Of a DNA stretch of 64,000 nt, positions 12,533-25,944 are shown piece after piece. The notes under the pieces were generated by a model. That model saw nothing but the letters and a program-made list of their open reading frames with translations, was not told the origin of the DNA and did not search any database. Made by a program: the position numbers and the translations under genes. Location of the stretch: the NCBI RefSeq assembly GCF_011386835.1, contig NC_088791.1:245706001-245770000 (forward strand). The letters run 5' to 3'. Every line of letters begins with the position of its first letter. Position 1 is the stretch's first letter. Source of the DNA: Chrysemys picta bellii. Lineage: Eukaryota.

Positions 12533-12829
12533 CATATTTAGGGTCAGGAAGGAATCTTCCCCAAAATCAGATTGGCAGAGACCCTGGAGGGTTTTCGCTT
12601 TCCTTTGCAGCATGGGGCATGGGTCACTTACAGTTTCAACTAGTGTAAACGGTGAATTCTCTATAACTTGAAGTCTTTAAATCATGATTTGAGTACTTCA
12701 GTAACTCAGCAAGAGGTTAGGGGTCTATTACAGGAGTGGGTGGGCAAGGTCCTGAGGCCTGCAACGTGTAGGAGGTCAGACTAAATGATCATGATGGTCC
12801 CTTCTCACCTTAAAGTCTATGAATCTATA
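12533..12829 (+). mobile_element. CR1 3'-end fragment
   Basis: CR1 3'UTR (ggtcagactaaatgatcatgatggtccc) ending in TCTATGAATCTAT. Confidence 0.8.
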
Positions 12830-13263
12830 AGTTAAAATAGACAAACTATTTACAAGTATTTTATGTGACAGTTTATACATGGAGTCAAGGACACAATTCT
12901 GACTTTGCAACAGCAATCAGTCTTCAACAAGTTAAAGATCTGAGCACATTCTTGTTGAAAAACGCTTGAACTATATGGTTATGGTCCCCTCCATTAAAAA
13001 AAAAATCAAATGGAGTGGGCTTCCAATATTCCTTTTTTTTTATCACTAGTTCTAGATTAATAAAAAATAATAATTCTGGATAAATATAGTGAAACCTGCA
13101 CTAAGGACCATTTTCAAATGGTTTGTCTATTTAATAGTACCACAGGTGACTATTTTTTCTGATCTCTGATGTTCTCTTGCGGCAGGCTTTATTGCACAAG
13201 AAAAAAAAAATCCATAAGGACTCACTCTTTTTTTATTGGTTTAATGTTAAGAAGAATGAGTGT

Positions 13264-13465
13264 AGGGTTGGGAATGAGGAACTCTAAATTCTAATCAGAG
13301 TTCTGCCACTTGCTTGCTGTGTGACTTTGACCAAGTCAATTAATATTTTATTCTATATGCCCATCTCTAAAATGGGAATAACATTTACATACCTACTTTA
13401 TAGAGGTGCTGTGATGATTAGTTAATGATTGCACAGTACTTTGAGCACATAAAATGTGCTCTAAG
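13264..13465 (+). mobile_element. MIR/CORE-type SINE, old
   Basis: CORE-like segment gctgtgtgactttgaccaagtc...cccatctctaaaatgggaataa and MIR-like tail. Confidence 0.65.
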
Positions 13466-13669
13466 TTTTAGATATCAGTATGCTAAATATGTGGATGTTC
13501 TTTCAAATGGTACCCTTTAAAATACCATCTAAAACTCATTTCAAAGATTAGTAGGAACCTAATGGAATGAATCCTTGTTTTAATTGGGTAAAAGTTAGTG
13601 TTCTATCTTTTGGAAATATCCAAGTCTGTCCCCATAGTGAAAGTAGTTAATTAGGGTAAATACTTGCTA

Positions 13670-15845
13670 TGGTGAAGGTGGTCAGGAACTTCGGAGGAAG
13701 GGATCGGGATCTGATACAAATCAAGATGCTAAGGAAAACAGGACACGAGAACAGCAAAACAAGACACCGGAATTCAGAAAGGTAGATTGCAACAACTCAG
13801 AGAAATAGTAGACAACGTTCCATGAAAAGACCAATTAGGAAGTACAGGAGTTGAAGGGGGCTAGCAGTTCCTAAAAGATGCAATACTAGAGGCTCAACAT
13901 CATGCTATTCCAATGCAGAGGAAAGATAAGAGCTACAGGAGGCCAATGTGGTTGCACAAGAACCTTTTTAGCTATCTAAAAACCCAAATGGATACATACA
14001 GGGAATGGAAAGAGGGCCAAATCATCAAGGAAGTTAAGTATATATAGGAATAGCGCAAGTGTGTATGGACAAAATCAGGAAAGCAAAGGCAAAGAATGAG
14101 TTATAGCTGGCAAGAAATGTTAGAGACAACAAGAACGGGTTCTTCAAATAAGTCAGACATAAAAGAAAGATCATGGATGGTGTGGGTCTGTTGCTCAATG
14201 GAGAAGGTAATTTGTTAACCGAAGATGATAGGAAGTCAGAGCTGCTCAATGCCTACTTTACTTCAGTCTTCTCGCAAAAAACAACTCGTGACTGGACAAC
14301 TAGTCAAATTACTACAGACAAGAAAGGGGAAGGGATGCAGATTAGGATAAGTAAAGAACATGTCAGATCTTCTGATCAATTTGAATGAATTCAAGTCAGC
14401 AGGGCCTGATGCTATTCTCCCCAGGGTACTGAAGGAATTAGCTGAGGAAACTCATGGATGACAGGACTGGTCCTGGAAGACTGGAGAAGGGCTAACATAG
14501 TGTCCATCTTTAAAGAGGGGAAAAAGAAGGAGTCAAGAAACTGTAGACCAGTCAGCCTGACCTCGATACCTGGGAATCTACTAGAACAATGTATAAAACA
14601 TTCAATTTGTGAATACCTGGAAGATGAAGGGGTAATCATTAGCAGCCAGCATAGATTTACTAAGAACAAATCATGCCAAACCAGCTTGATTTCCTTCTTT
14701 GATAACTGGTTTGGTGGATACGGGGAATGTGATGGACATAAAATATCTGGACTTCAGCAAGGCTTTTGAGACAGTCCCACATGGCATTCTGATAAGTAAG
14801 CTGGAGAAATGCAGGCTCAGCAGAACTACCATTAAGTGGCTACATAACTGGTTAAACAACTGCAAACAAAGAGTAACTATTAATGGAATGATGTCAGATT
14901 GTAGGGAGGTCTCAAGTGAGGGAGGTTCCACAGGGATCTGTTCTGGGTCTGGTGTTGTTTAACATCTTTATTAATTACCTGGATGTAGGAATAGAGCATA
15001 CTGATCAAGTTTGTAGATGACAAAGCTAGGAGGGCTTGCCAACACTTTGGAGGATAGAGCTAAAATTCAGAGGGATCTTGATAAATTGGAGAATTGGGCA
15101 ATAGACAAAATTAAATTCAGCACAGACGAATGTAAGGTGCTACACATAGGGAAGGAAAACCAAATGCAGAATGGGGGATAACTGGCTTTGCAGCAGCACT
15201 GCTGTGAAGGATTTGGGAGTTGTGGTGGATCACAACCTCAACATGATTCAGCAATGTGACGCTATTGCAAAAAAAGTGAATGCATGTTTAGGTTGCATTA
15301 ACAGAGGCTGCAAGTCACGGGAGGTGATAGTACCACTCTACTCAGCGTTGGTTAGGTCTCCGCTGGAGTGCTGTGTCCAATTTTGTTCACCAAAGTATAG
15401 AATGGATGTTTGTAGATAAACTGGAAAGGATCCAGAGGCGAGCAACAAAGATGATTAAAGGGACAGAATGCAAGCCATATGAGCAAAGGCTGAAGGAACT
15501 GGGTATGTTAATTTGGAAAAGAGGAGATTAAGGGGAGACATGATAGCCATCTTCAAATACTTGAAAAGCTTCCATAAAAAGATGGAGAAAACTTGTTCTC
15601 TCTTGCCACAGAGGGAGACAATGGGTTTAAACTATAGCATAGCAAATTAGATTAAATCTCAGGAAAAACAGTAGGACAATAGAACAGACTGCTTAGAGAG
15701 GTAGTGGAAGTTCCTTCACTGCAGCTTTTAAAAAGGAGGCTAGATAGACATCTGTCTTGGATGATTTAGACAACAAATCCTGCTTCTTGCCAAAGGGTTA
15801 AGACTAGATGACCCTTGCGGTCCCTTTTAACTCTATAATTCTATA
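13670..15845 (+). mobile_element. CR1 LINE, 5'-truncated, degraded
   Basis: ORF2 remnants EDWRRANIVSIFK, RPVSLTSIPG, QHRFTKNKSCQTSLISFFD, YLDFSKAF, KDLGVVVD; 3' tail ctctataattctata. Left boundary approximate. Confidence 0.92.
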
Positions 15846-16202
15846 AATTTTCTTCAAACATAATACCTATTTGTACTTTGGAAGGATTTTTAAGTGCAAA
15901 ATAAACAATCAAGTGTTAAAATATGTGGGTTGGAATGCTCACTCCTCCTTCTAGTTGTCAAAGGCTAGAGGAACTGGAAATAAGACTGGAGTAATTGTTA
16001 GCTGCAAAGTGGCAGCAAAAGGGCTTTCTTCATAGCCCTCATGACACTGCTATTCTTGTCCTAAGAGAAAATGCAAAAATACCAAACTAACTACTGCATA
16101 TAGATGGTAAGCAGGCAGAACACAGACTGGGGTCCCAGTGCAATGAGAAAAATCAAAAATGTTCTAAGAACCTACATAACTATTGCTTGCTACTGTCTAG
16201 AC

Positions 16203-16993
16203 CAGTGGTTTTCAAACTTTTTTCCTGGGGACCCAGTTGAAGAAAATTGTTGATGTCCACAACCCAGCGGAGCTGAGGATGAGGGGTTTGGGGTGTGGGA
16301 GGGGCTAAGGGCTGGTGCAGAGAGTTGGAGTGCGGGGGTGAGGGCTGCAGGGTGGGGCCGTGAATGAGGGGTTCAGGGTATGGGAGGAGGCTCTGGACTG
16401 GGGCAGGGATTTGGGGTGCAGGAGGGGGTCGGGGCTCTGGGCTGGGGGTGCAGGCTCTGGGGTGGGGCCAGGGATGAGGAGCTTGGGGTGCAGGAGGGGG
16501 TTCTGGGTTTCAGGGGGCTCAGGGCTGGGGCAGGGGATTGGGGCGTGGAGTTGCGGTGTGAACTTACCTCCGGAGGCTCCCAGTCAATGGCGTAGCCGGG
16601 GTGCAGAGGCAGGCTTCCCGCCTGCCCTGGCACCGTGGACCGCACTGCGCCTGAAGTGGCCAGCAGCAGGTCCAACTCCTAGACGGAGGTGCGCAAGTGG
16701 CTCTGTGCAGCTGTCGCCCACAGGCATGCGCCCCCCCACCCCAGCGCAGTGGTGCTCGGGGTAGGGGCAGCACACAGAGCCCCATGACTCCCCTGCCTAG
16801 AAGCCGGGCCCGCTGCTGGCCGCTTCCGGGGCGCAGCACGTTGTCGGAACAGGTAGGCACTAGCCTGCCTTAGCTGGGCAGCACTGCCGACAGGACTTTT
16901 AACATCCTGGTCAGTGGTGCGGACCAGACCGACCCAGTGCCTTACATTCCGTGACCCAGTACTGGGTCGTGACCTGAACTTTGAAAAACGCTG
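16203..16993. mobile_element. Non-autonomous hAT DNA transposon with GC-rich internal tandem repeats
   Basis: TIRs CAGTGGTTTTCAAACT / ACTTTGAAAAACGCTG; 8-bp TSD GTCTAGAC / ATCTAGAC. Confidence 0.9.
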
Positions 16994-17658
16994 ATCTAGA
17001 CAAGCGAAGAAATAGAAAAGGCCTTTCATTCCAAACCAGTGAATTTTCACTACATTTAGTGTATTTCAGTGCTCATTCAAAGTGCAAAATTAAGAGACTT
17101 AAAAAGTGACAACCTATAATTACTCAAACATGTCAACATGCACAGTGACAGTGAAAGCTTACCCACTCTACCCTGTCAGTGTGCCTTGACCCTGGCCTGG
17201 AGGGACTACCTTTTGCTGATGGAGGATAATCCAGTTTCCATACCTATTTAGACTATGCCATTTATCCTGATTATCAACATGGATGCCAGTTAGTGCCAAT
17301 TATGATGGTGGGTTTAAATGAGGTGAAAACCTGTTTATTACAACATAAAAAACATTCATTTTATACATACTAATCATCAGCTATAAGTAATTGCCACTTC
17401 CCACCATGATTGGATTCACACCAGCTCTAGAAACGGTTGATTCACACTAGAAACAGTTGAAAAAGTTCTTTAGCATGTCACCACTCAATCTTTAAACCAA
17501 CCAATATCAACCATCCAATTTCTCCTGTTACCAAAACTGGTGGATTGGAGGATGCAGGGTTTTTTTTTTTTTAAATCTCTTTCAAGCTTTATCTGAATTT
17601 TACAAGTTCTATTTTTTCAACGTGTATATGAATCTATTTAAGAAATGGGAATGCTTAC

Positions 17659-17748
17659 CTGAACAAGAAAAATGATGAGAAAATAAAAGTTAGCTATCCT
17701 TCTGAACTGCTCAAACAAGTTCTTCGGTACAAAGTTCCAAAATGTGTA
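17659..17748 (-). CDS. ATP11A: ATP11A coding exon 3 (90 bp): [30 protein letters not shown]
   Basis: P4-ATPase signature [17 protein letters not shown]. T10-AG acceptor, CAG|GTAAGC donor, in frame with exons 2 and 4. Not in the supplied ORF track (too short). Confidence 0.97.
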
Positions 17749-18479
17749 CTAAAAAAAAAATGTAAAGAGCATTTAAGTATTTATGATGATAATGCTGTTT
17801 TCTCTAACATTGCATGCCCTGGCTACATCACTAACAGCACCAAAATATATACAAGTACTTTTAAGAATCAAACAAGCTTAAAATTCACAAACTAAGTTTA
17901 AATATTAAATGCAAATTAGAAGAAATTTTTGTTAATTTATTTAGGCAAATATACTTATATGCAATTGGCATTCGTGCATTCTTGAAATCATACAGTTAAT
18001 AACTGAAATTCTATCTAACATGGCTACCTGAAGCAGAAGTCTAGCACTCCACAGTTTCATTCAGAAATATTTGACCTCTGGACATCTTGGTACTATGGAC
18101 TAAAATAAGTCTTTATGGCAATGATACCCAGATATTTAGTTAAGGTATATTTAGTTGAAAGCCACTGAAAAACATTTAAAATATTAAAACAATTGCTTCT
18201 AATGCTGTATTTAATTAATCTCCATTTTGTTTTTTCATTTATGCTAAACCTGCTTTGACAGCAAGTCAGGGACAAAACCAAAAGGTATCAGCCCCCTTTA
18301 TGTTCTTTCGTTTTGTTACACATGCATCCCTCAGAACAATCAAGAGCACCAACAGTTTATGGTTGTAAAACCTTTATTTAACGGTGTTATATATAGCAAA
18401 ACTGTAATGAATATAATGTGACACACAAATTACAGAATATGAAAATGCAAATAAAGACTATATAAAAACTTATAATTTT

Positions 18480-19770
18480 CTCTTGGAGATCCAGTGTGGA
18501 GAGAAGTGGAGGCAAAAGAGGGAATGATTTGAGGAGGGAGTCAAAAGCAGCAAAAAATGGCTGTGACTGTACACGTGGAATTCAATTAAGTTGGAGAAGT
18601 AGAGCCGTTTATCTAAGAGGATGGCAGAACTAATTGGTAATTAAGTCAGTCAGCCTGGTCATGAGATTTCTGCCAGAGATGCTCTTCAGCACAAAAGCTG
18701 GCACATAGGAGCAGATGTCAGCAGACAATACAACATCAACCCTGGTGAATTGGAAGTCACAAAATGGCCAAGTGATAGGGTGTAGAGGAGGAGGGAAGAG
18801 GTTGATGGGTGATGCTGAAAAGGAGACCAGCTGGTAGCTGGATCGGATAGAGGGAACTCAGCAACAGAAAGAGCAGTGCTTGGTGAAGATCAAGTCAAGT
18901 GAATGGCCATCTTGGGGAGTGGGAATGTGGAAACAGGACGGCAGGTCAAGTGAAGATGTGATGGTAAGGAAATGTTCAGGTAAGGGGTTGGATAGGTCAT
19001 CTACATGGGGACAAAAATCACAAAGGGTGAGTGTGGGAGATTGTAAGGAAAGTGAGAGAGAGAGAGAGTCAGAAGTCAAAATCAGAGAGGCAGGCTGATG
19101 GGGAGGAGTTGGGTGAATGGTAGACGGCAACATGAAGGGGAACAAGAGTCGGATGCAGTGCTGTTCAAAAGAAAATGTGTGAGAAGGGGGGAGGGAGAGG
19201 TTGGAAATGGCAGAAATGGGAGAAGAGAAGCCCAACACCCCCACTATTGTCTGATCCAGCCAGGAGAGGCCTTCATAAAAGAGGACAGCTGCAGTGGCAA
19301 TGTCAGATGAAGGGATCCAGGAGCTGGAGGGAGGGAGATATGAGGATGCTGTGTACGGCTGAGATCTTTTTAGAGATCGAGTGGGGGTTCCACAGACAGC
19401 AAGAGAAAAGGAAGGGAGAGATGGGTAGTAGGTGGATGGGCGTGAGGTTAGAAATGGTGGCACAAGAGGGAAAAAGGTGGTGGAGAGGATTTGTGTGGAG
19501 GGAAGGCCAAGGTTGGGAAAATGTCACAAGAGGTGAGGAGGCAAAGGAGAATGTGGATGTGGGATCTGAGATCTGGATTTGTATTGATGGGAGAATGGGG
19601 AAGATGGGGATGGAGAAGGGAAGAAAAGCAAGGAGAGCTGGTGGAAACTTTATAAGGGTGAGGGTAACATGTACTGGGAAATGGAGCCAGTGGGGAAGAG
19701 GAGTAAGGGGGAAAAGTATGGCAGGTGCAATGATGCAGAAGAGGGGTGCAGCAAGAACCCTGGGTAATTG
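18480..19770 (-). mobile_element. L2-clade LINE remnant (endonuclease region)
   Basis: Pyrimidine-rich minus strand; IPTPQDGHSLDLIFTKHCS resembles the L2 endonuclease motif PTH..GHTLDL.F. Boundaries approximate. Confidence 0.7.
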
Positions 19771-21867
19771 GAAGATAACACCTTTTTGTAATCTTGTCTA
19801 TCTTGTTTTGAAATTGTCAGATGAAGGAGCTATAATTACAGGTATATTAGATTATCTGGGATTCTGATTTTCTGTTTAAAATTAAATATTAGAAAAAAAA
19901 ACTGATTGAGAAATAAAACCAGAGTGACAAGTTTCCAACTACATTGAAGTCCTGGTCATACTTTTGAGTTAAACTCAGCCTGCATTGCTTTGCTTTTTGT
20001 GCTTTCAGCAGCACACTTGGTTGCACATAGCAACACAATGGTAAGTGGTAGTTCTTTTATGTGTTTACACTCAGAATGGGAATGTAGATTGCAAAAATAA
20101 TTGAGACTTCAAAAAAGCTTATGTTTTTATTTCATTGCTAACAAAACACCAATTTCTAATCAAATCTGTGAAATCACAATTCAAACAAACCCATAAAAAT
20201 TTCTAATCTGTTACAAGGCTTTAATGTAGCTACAAACACAGAAAATGAATAAAAATAAAAACTGAAAATCAAAGTCTACTGCAAGTAAGTGTAATGTGAA
20301 GTTAAAATTCCAGTTAAGGACAAAGACTAACGAAAATAGAGGAGAAAGTCACTGCTTGAAAAGAAGCTACTAATGCCAGTTCTGGGGATAATAGTTATAA
20401 CCTGCTGAGGATTGAAAGTGATGAGGAGGCAGCGATGGGGGCATTCAGTTAGATTAATAAAATGATGCTATATCCGAGACTGTGGGGAGAATATAAATCT
20501 TTCTCCACCTTTGCAGCTCTTATCTTTAGTCTTTTCATCTCTTAGGTGATATTTTTAAAGAGAGGAGAGCAAGAAGATTTATTACCAACTCTTTAGCAAC
20601 ACTTAAAGAGGAGGGATTGCTAAAGAGAGGTTCTTTGGATTCCTGATCCCTGTTGTTGTCGTCATCTTTGGTCACTGTTGCTCTACAAGTGGCAAAATCT
20701 GCAGCTAAGTCATATATTCCAAAATATAGTCTCAGATAGGCCACCTGAAGGTTTACTTGAAACTCTATTTTCTACTATTTAAGCACTAAAACCTGAATGT
20801 GACCCGTCAGTTATATTAAATTTGGAGATGATGGTTTGTGGAAAGAGACGGATTTAAGTAATTCTACACTTCCATTGTTAAATTAGACTAACAGGAAAAA
20901 GTTATCCTTTTCAGATCTTATAGTCATCACTTCCTAATAAATCACTGTCTCTGCAGATTTATACAATTCTTCTCCAGTCCTTAGTTGCTATTGCATTCTC
21001 ATAGGTAAGACAGCTATGGCTGATTGGGGAACGTAACAGAAATACTCAGTTTCAAAATAAGAGAATCTATTTACTTCCAAGTATTACCAAAGCAAATCAG
21101 ACAAGGAGGAGAAAAAATTACTTACACTACAAATGTAATGTGTCTGGAGTAAACAATTTTTTTTTCATTCCATCAAAATCAAAAATTAATTATAGAAGGA
21201 AAATATACATTTCTGATCTCCATTTTAACATATAGGGCTTTTTGATAGCACTAAACCGCCCCTAAAGACAGTTTATCAAGTCAAAATTCAACAGCTTATA
21301 GAATGACTTTTCTTCTGTAAGCGATTTTGAGTAATAATGTAAGTTGGAAGCATATTACCTTCAGTCTAGATACTTTATATGTCAGAATGGGAAAGCCAAT
21401 TCAAGTAGTTTAAATAAACAGACAAAAATATGAATTTTAGTCCTTTCCCCAAGGGTTTGAGATTGAGAGAAGTTCTGGATAAGATGACACCTTCCATTTT
21501 ACAACCTCAGCACATCATCTCTCCAATCCCACATAGGCCTCTCCCTACTTTTCTACAATTTAACAGGTCTCAGGTACCTCAAATATTATATATGCTTTTG
21601 CTTGAGCCAGATTTTTTTATTTGTTATATTTTTAGAATAAAAGGGAACAGCATAATCGATTAGGAACCCTAGTGACTGAGGTAGCTCAGTTAGTATATAA
21701 AATTAATCCTTTAAATGCTTCCAAATATATTTATCCTTGATGAACTATGCACTGACACATTCCAGCTCAGGTGTAAATATACTGTTTCCATGGCAAAAAT
21801 TTTTTTTTTTAAATAAATACATGCAGCACAGACACCGCGTCAAAATCATCAGAATCCTTGCAAGAGC

Positions 21868-22953
21868 TACTCCTGGTGGAATTCTGCACCAACAAATTAA
21901 AAATTATGCGCAAAATATTTTAAAATTCTGCAAATTTTAAAATTCTGAAAAATTTTGCATATTTTATTTGTCAAAAACAACAGTATATAATTACGCTAGT
22001 TTCAATTATTTTGGTAATTCATTTCAAAATACTCGTCACCGAGTATGTCTGTAACAACACAGACACACACAAAAATTCCCCTAGTAGTAGAGTGTTAAAG
22101 AAACTCCCACAACAATCCAGTTCCTGTTTCTCGACCCTCTCCCCCACCCAGAGCACAGCTGTGCCGCCCCCCCCCACCAGCCCAGACACCTGCACCCCTC
22201 CCCCACAGAGTTAGGGTTGCCAACAGCCCCATGGCACATGGGCGTCCAGGGAGGCTCCGTGCACTGCCCTCAGGCCCGCAAGCGCCACCCACACAGTTCC
22301 CAATGGGAGCTGCAGAGATGGCAATCGAAGCGGGGGCAGCATGCAGAACTTGCCTGGCCGCCCACGCGCCTAGGGGCTGCAAGGACCTTGCGGCCGCACG
22401 GAGCTAGGGCAGGCAGGAAGCCTGCCTTAGCCCCGGACCCCCGCTGCGCCACTGACCTGACTTCCAATGGCCCGGTTGGCAGTGCTGACCGGAGCCACCA
22501 GGGTTCCTTTTTGACCAGGTGTTCCTGTCAAAAACTGGACACCTGGCAACCCTACCCAGAGCCCAGCTGCAGACCTGCCCCAGCCCAGATACCCGTACCC
22601 TCTACCCCCACCCAGCCGTGGACCCACACACACACACACTCCCTCCCCCCCAGAGCCCAGGGATCCGGAGGGAGAAACAGCCTGATCCTGGGTCCCAGGC
22701 TCGTGTGAATTTTCCTGCATGCCACCTCCTTCCTTCAGGGCATGCCGGGAACTGCAGCTCCCTGGAACCCTCCAGCTCCCTACCCCTTCCCCTGGGAGTG
22801 TCTTCTATTTGCAAGCTGGGCTCTGCCAGGTCCAGCAGCCACTAGTGGCGGCCAGCAGCTCTGCAGGCCATTTCTGGGTGGGAGGAAGGAAATTCTGCAC
22901 TCACAACATTAATTCCTGTGCAAATTCTGCATTGCACAATTCCCCCAGGAGTA
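21868..22953. mobile_element. Non-autonomous TIR DNA transposon (TACTCCTGG termini), copy 1
   Basis: TIRs TACTCCTGGTGGAATT / AATTCCCCCAGGAGTA; subterminal gaattctgc repeats; no TSD recognisable. Confidence 0.8.
22212..22554. mobile_element. hAT MITE nested in the 21868-22953 element
   Basis: TIRs TAGGGTTGCCA / TGGCAACCCTA; flanks CACAGAGT / CCCAGAGC (6/8). Confidence 0.85.
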
Positions 22954-25638
22954 AACAACTCTCTCTGATATAACTGAACAAAAAAATGACCGAGAAACAA
23001 AAAGTAACTAGGCAGCATTTATCAGGGGAGACAGAAAATAAAACTGAATGGAGCCTAGTTCTGGAGGGTAGTCTTCCTTGTTCATATCAGAATAATGTCC
23101 TTCACTCCTGTGTCAGGCCTTGGTAGTCATTAACCCCTTTCTCCCATTAAATACTGCATGACCTGGACAAAATAAAAAACTTCAAAACATTACTACACAA
23201 GACACCAAAGGCGGGGATGTTCTTCAGAAACTTCTTTACACACAGTTAGGAATCCTTCCCTTCCTACTTCAACATTCCCTTTTTGCAATGCTCTTTGCTG
23301 AAACAGAATGTTCCTTTAGAACAGGGAACCACTCAGTACAGGATGCGTTTATAGATACCTACTTAACATACTACACTCCAGGTGCCTTTCCTTCCTGTTC
23401 TTTTCATACTTCTAAGAAGGAGGAAGAACTAATGTTTTGTTCAGGCAGCAATTTAGCAAGTGAGAGATACAGAGAAGATGATGATTGATGATGACTGGCC
23501 AGCCTTTGAATATATATTAGCTACTTGGTTAGGAGCTGGTCCATACAGCAACCCAGTTGACTGTGATCCCATCCATAAATGATGGCACTTAACCCTATCA
23601 CACTGTTTCCTAACTAAAATTCCAGATGCCACCATTAATTCGTATCAATTTTATGCACATACTGTAAACAACCATAAGGCTCCAAAGACAAAAGCAGTCG
23701 CCATGATCTAATCCAGAGAAGGAATTGTAGGAAGGTTGAGTCAAAGGGATGAGAAATTTAAGAATGGCCTTTAACATCGTAAGATCTACATCCTCCGCAT
23801 CCTCACCCACATTACAGTGCTTTATTATTCACTACATCTTCTGGCTTGTGCTGGGCTATATTTGCTGTAGGGAAGCCTGATGCTAACAGGTCTGAATACT
23901 TATCTGTATGGATATCTATAGCAGATGTTCTCACTGACTCATTGCAAGCATTAAAACCTTAATAATTAATGCTTGACTGTTTCTTTAAGTTCTAATATTA
24001 ATGCCTCACCCCAAGGCAAGAACTCATAGAACCTTTGTTCCAGGTTTCTAATTCAGTGTTAGGCAAGGTAAAGTGACTAATAACTCTTACCAAGGGAATC
24101 CCAGTGGCTGGATTGTGGTCTGCAGAAATGGAGGCTGGCAACCTTTATTCCAGTCTTGTTTTTTTTGTCATTTCAGCCTCCACCACCCAATTGCCCAAAG
24201 GAATGATAGGCAAAATAAAAGGGCAGACATCTCTAGTTGTCAAGTGGTTCAGCTTTGATTTTTCAAATACTGCCAAGTAGAAATGAGGGAAAGAACATCC
24301 CTCCTTTACCAGATCAGAAGGTACTAACAACAGTCTGGATGAATACCAAGTTTTAGAAAAGCAATTATGTATGCCTTAATTTCTCCACATTTAATAGATG
24401 CCTGAAACAAAACTAGCAAAGCTCTGATCACTGGGAACATTTGTTTTTTTGGTGGGTTGAAGGTAGGAAGAATTAGGAGGAAGGATGTAATCTTAATTTT
24501 AAAGCTTTCCAGAAATACAAAGGACATCTAATGAGACTTCAAAATTCTCAAGTGATACAAGCTGTTCAGCCAATTACAAGCCCCTTGGATTGCAGGAAAG
24601 GGAAGAGTTCCCCCACCTCGGCTGAGACTGTGTTGAAGAACTTGGAGAACTGCATATAATCAAGGCAAACTTCAATGCTTATTGCACGAAATTATGAAAA
24701 CAAATGGTTCCTCAGCTTCAGGAGTCAATATCAACACCTTCTATCTCAAGTGTTCCAAATGAGCTTGGCATTAATGCCATATCTAGACAATTCAATGGAG
24801 GTGAACAAAACAGTTTATGAGGACAAGCTCCTTCCATGACTCATGCCTTCTGACTACCACAGACTTTCAGGATATTTTAGGAATACCTCACAAAATCTTT
24901 TTCCTCCTCTCTGAGGCATCAATAGCTCAAAGGGACGTCTACTAATGGCTCATTCACACTGAACAATCACAGTCAGCCCTGAGCCGAAACAATACAGTGA
25001 TTGTGGTTAGCAGTAAGGGATCTCTTATAGCTTCATTCAAGGTTCAAACAAAACAAAAAACTTTAGTGGACAAGCATTAAAATTGAGAGTATTAAATAAA
25101 AATTGATCACTATAAACAAATAAAGTGATATGTCCATTCCTCCGCTTCAGAGAATTTCTAGCAACTTTTCTCAGTAGACTTCATAAATCATTATTTGTGG
25201 CAGTTTTATTGCCTTTCCCTGTATATTCTCTGAAGGCAATAACCATAGGCAGATGTTTGGATGGGGGAGTACTAGCTCTAGTTAATCACTTGATACCATC
25301 TCAAGGGAGGAAAGGCTTAACTGAATGTTTTAAAACATTTCTGCAAAGTACCTAAACATTACGAGTATAACCTTCCACATACACTTGAAAAAAAATAGAT
25401 TTTAAATTACAATTGAAATTTGCGTATATTGCGCATATTTTGCAAAAACTGTTGTGTGTGTTTGAAGCACTACGCAAGGGATCGTAAAATCAGTTTGTCT
25501 GCATTTAATACAGTACAATTTCAATCATAGAAGTGTTTCTCCAGGTTGTAATAACAGTCTTCCTCTGTAATTCTGGCACACTCCTACAGTGCTGTGCTGC
25601 TCTTGCATCCTGTTGCAGTGCTCCTGTATGTATAGAAT

Positions 25639-25902
25639 TACTCCTGACAGAATTCTGCACCGATGCAGGGGCGCAGAATTCATATGGGCTGCATATTTCT
25701 GTGGCCCCCATGCAGAAAAATGCAAAAGAAATCTGCGGGGGGGGGGGGGAGACGACGACACATGTCTCTTTCCCAGCAGCCCAGGCAGCGCGTCTGTTCC
25801 AGTGTGCCTGGAGCAGCTTCAGAGACTGCGGTGGGGAGGGGCCTCGGCCTGCATGCCTGCAGGGAGACGTTGATCACTGTCAGGGGGCAGGGCTAGCCAA
25901 CA

Positions 25903-25944
<42 letters not shown>

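Noticed and set aside
16275-16560. GC-rich quasi-periodic repeats and stacked ORFs, possible CRISPR-like array or coding region
   Set aside because: Degenerate tandem units without unique spacers, inside a TSD-flanked hAT; ORFs reflect stop-codon scarcity. The same applies to ORF clusters at 22095-22973, 25505-26033 and 31490-32462.
20340-21560. Possible ancient L1/Tx1 endonuclease remnant or viral insert
   Set aside because: Only vague motif resemblance; cannot be supported without a profile search.
23570-23810. Possible RTE/L2 RT remnant (FDS..WRLLL, RINGG...ETV..G)
   Set aside because: Too degraded, with several stops, to call by eye; needs a translated HMM search.
24530-24720. Possible very old CR1 RT fragment (KFSSDT-like)
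   Set aside because: Weak similarity only and no definable ends.
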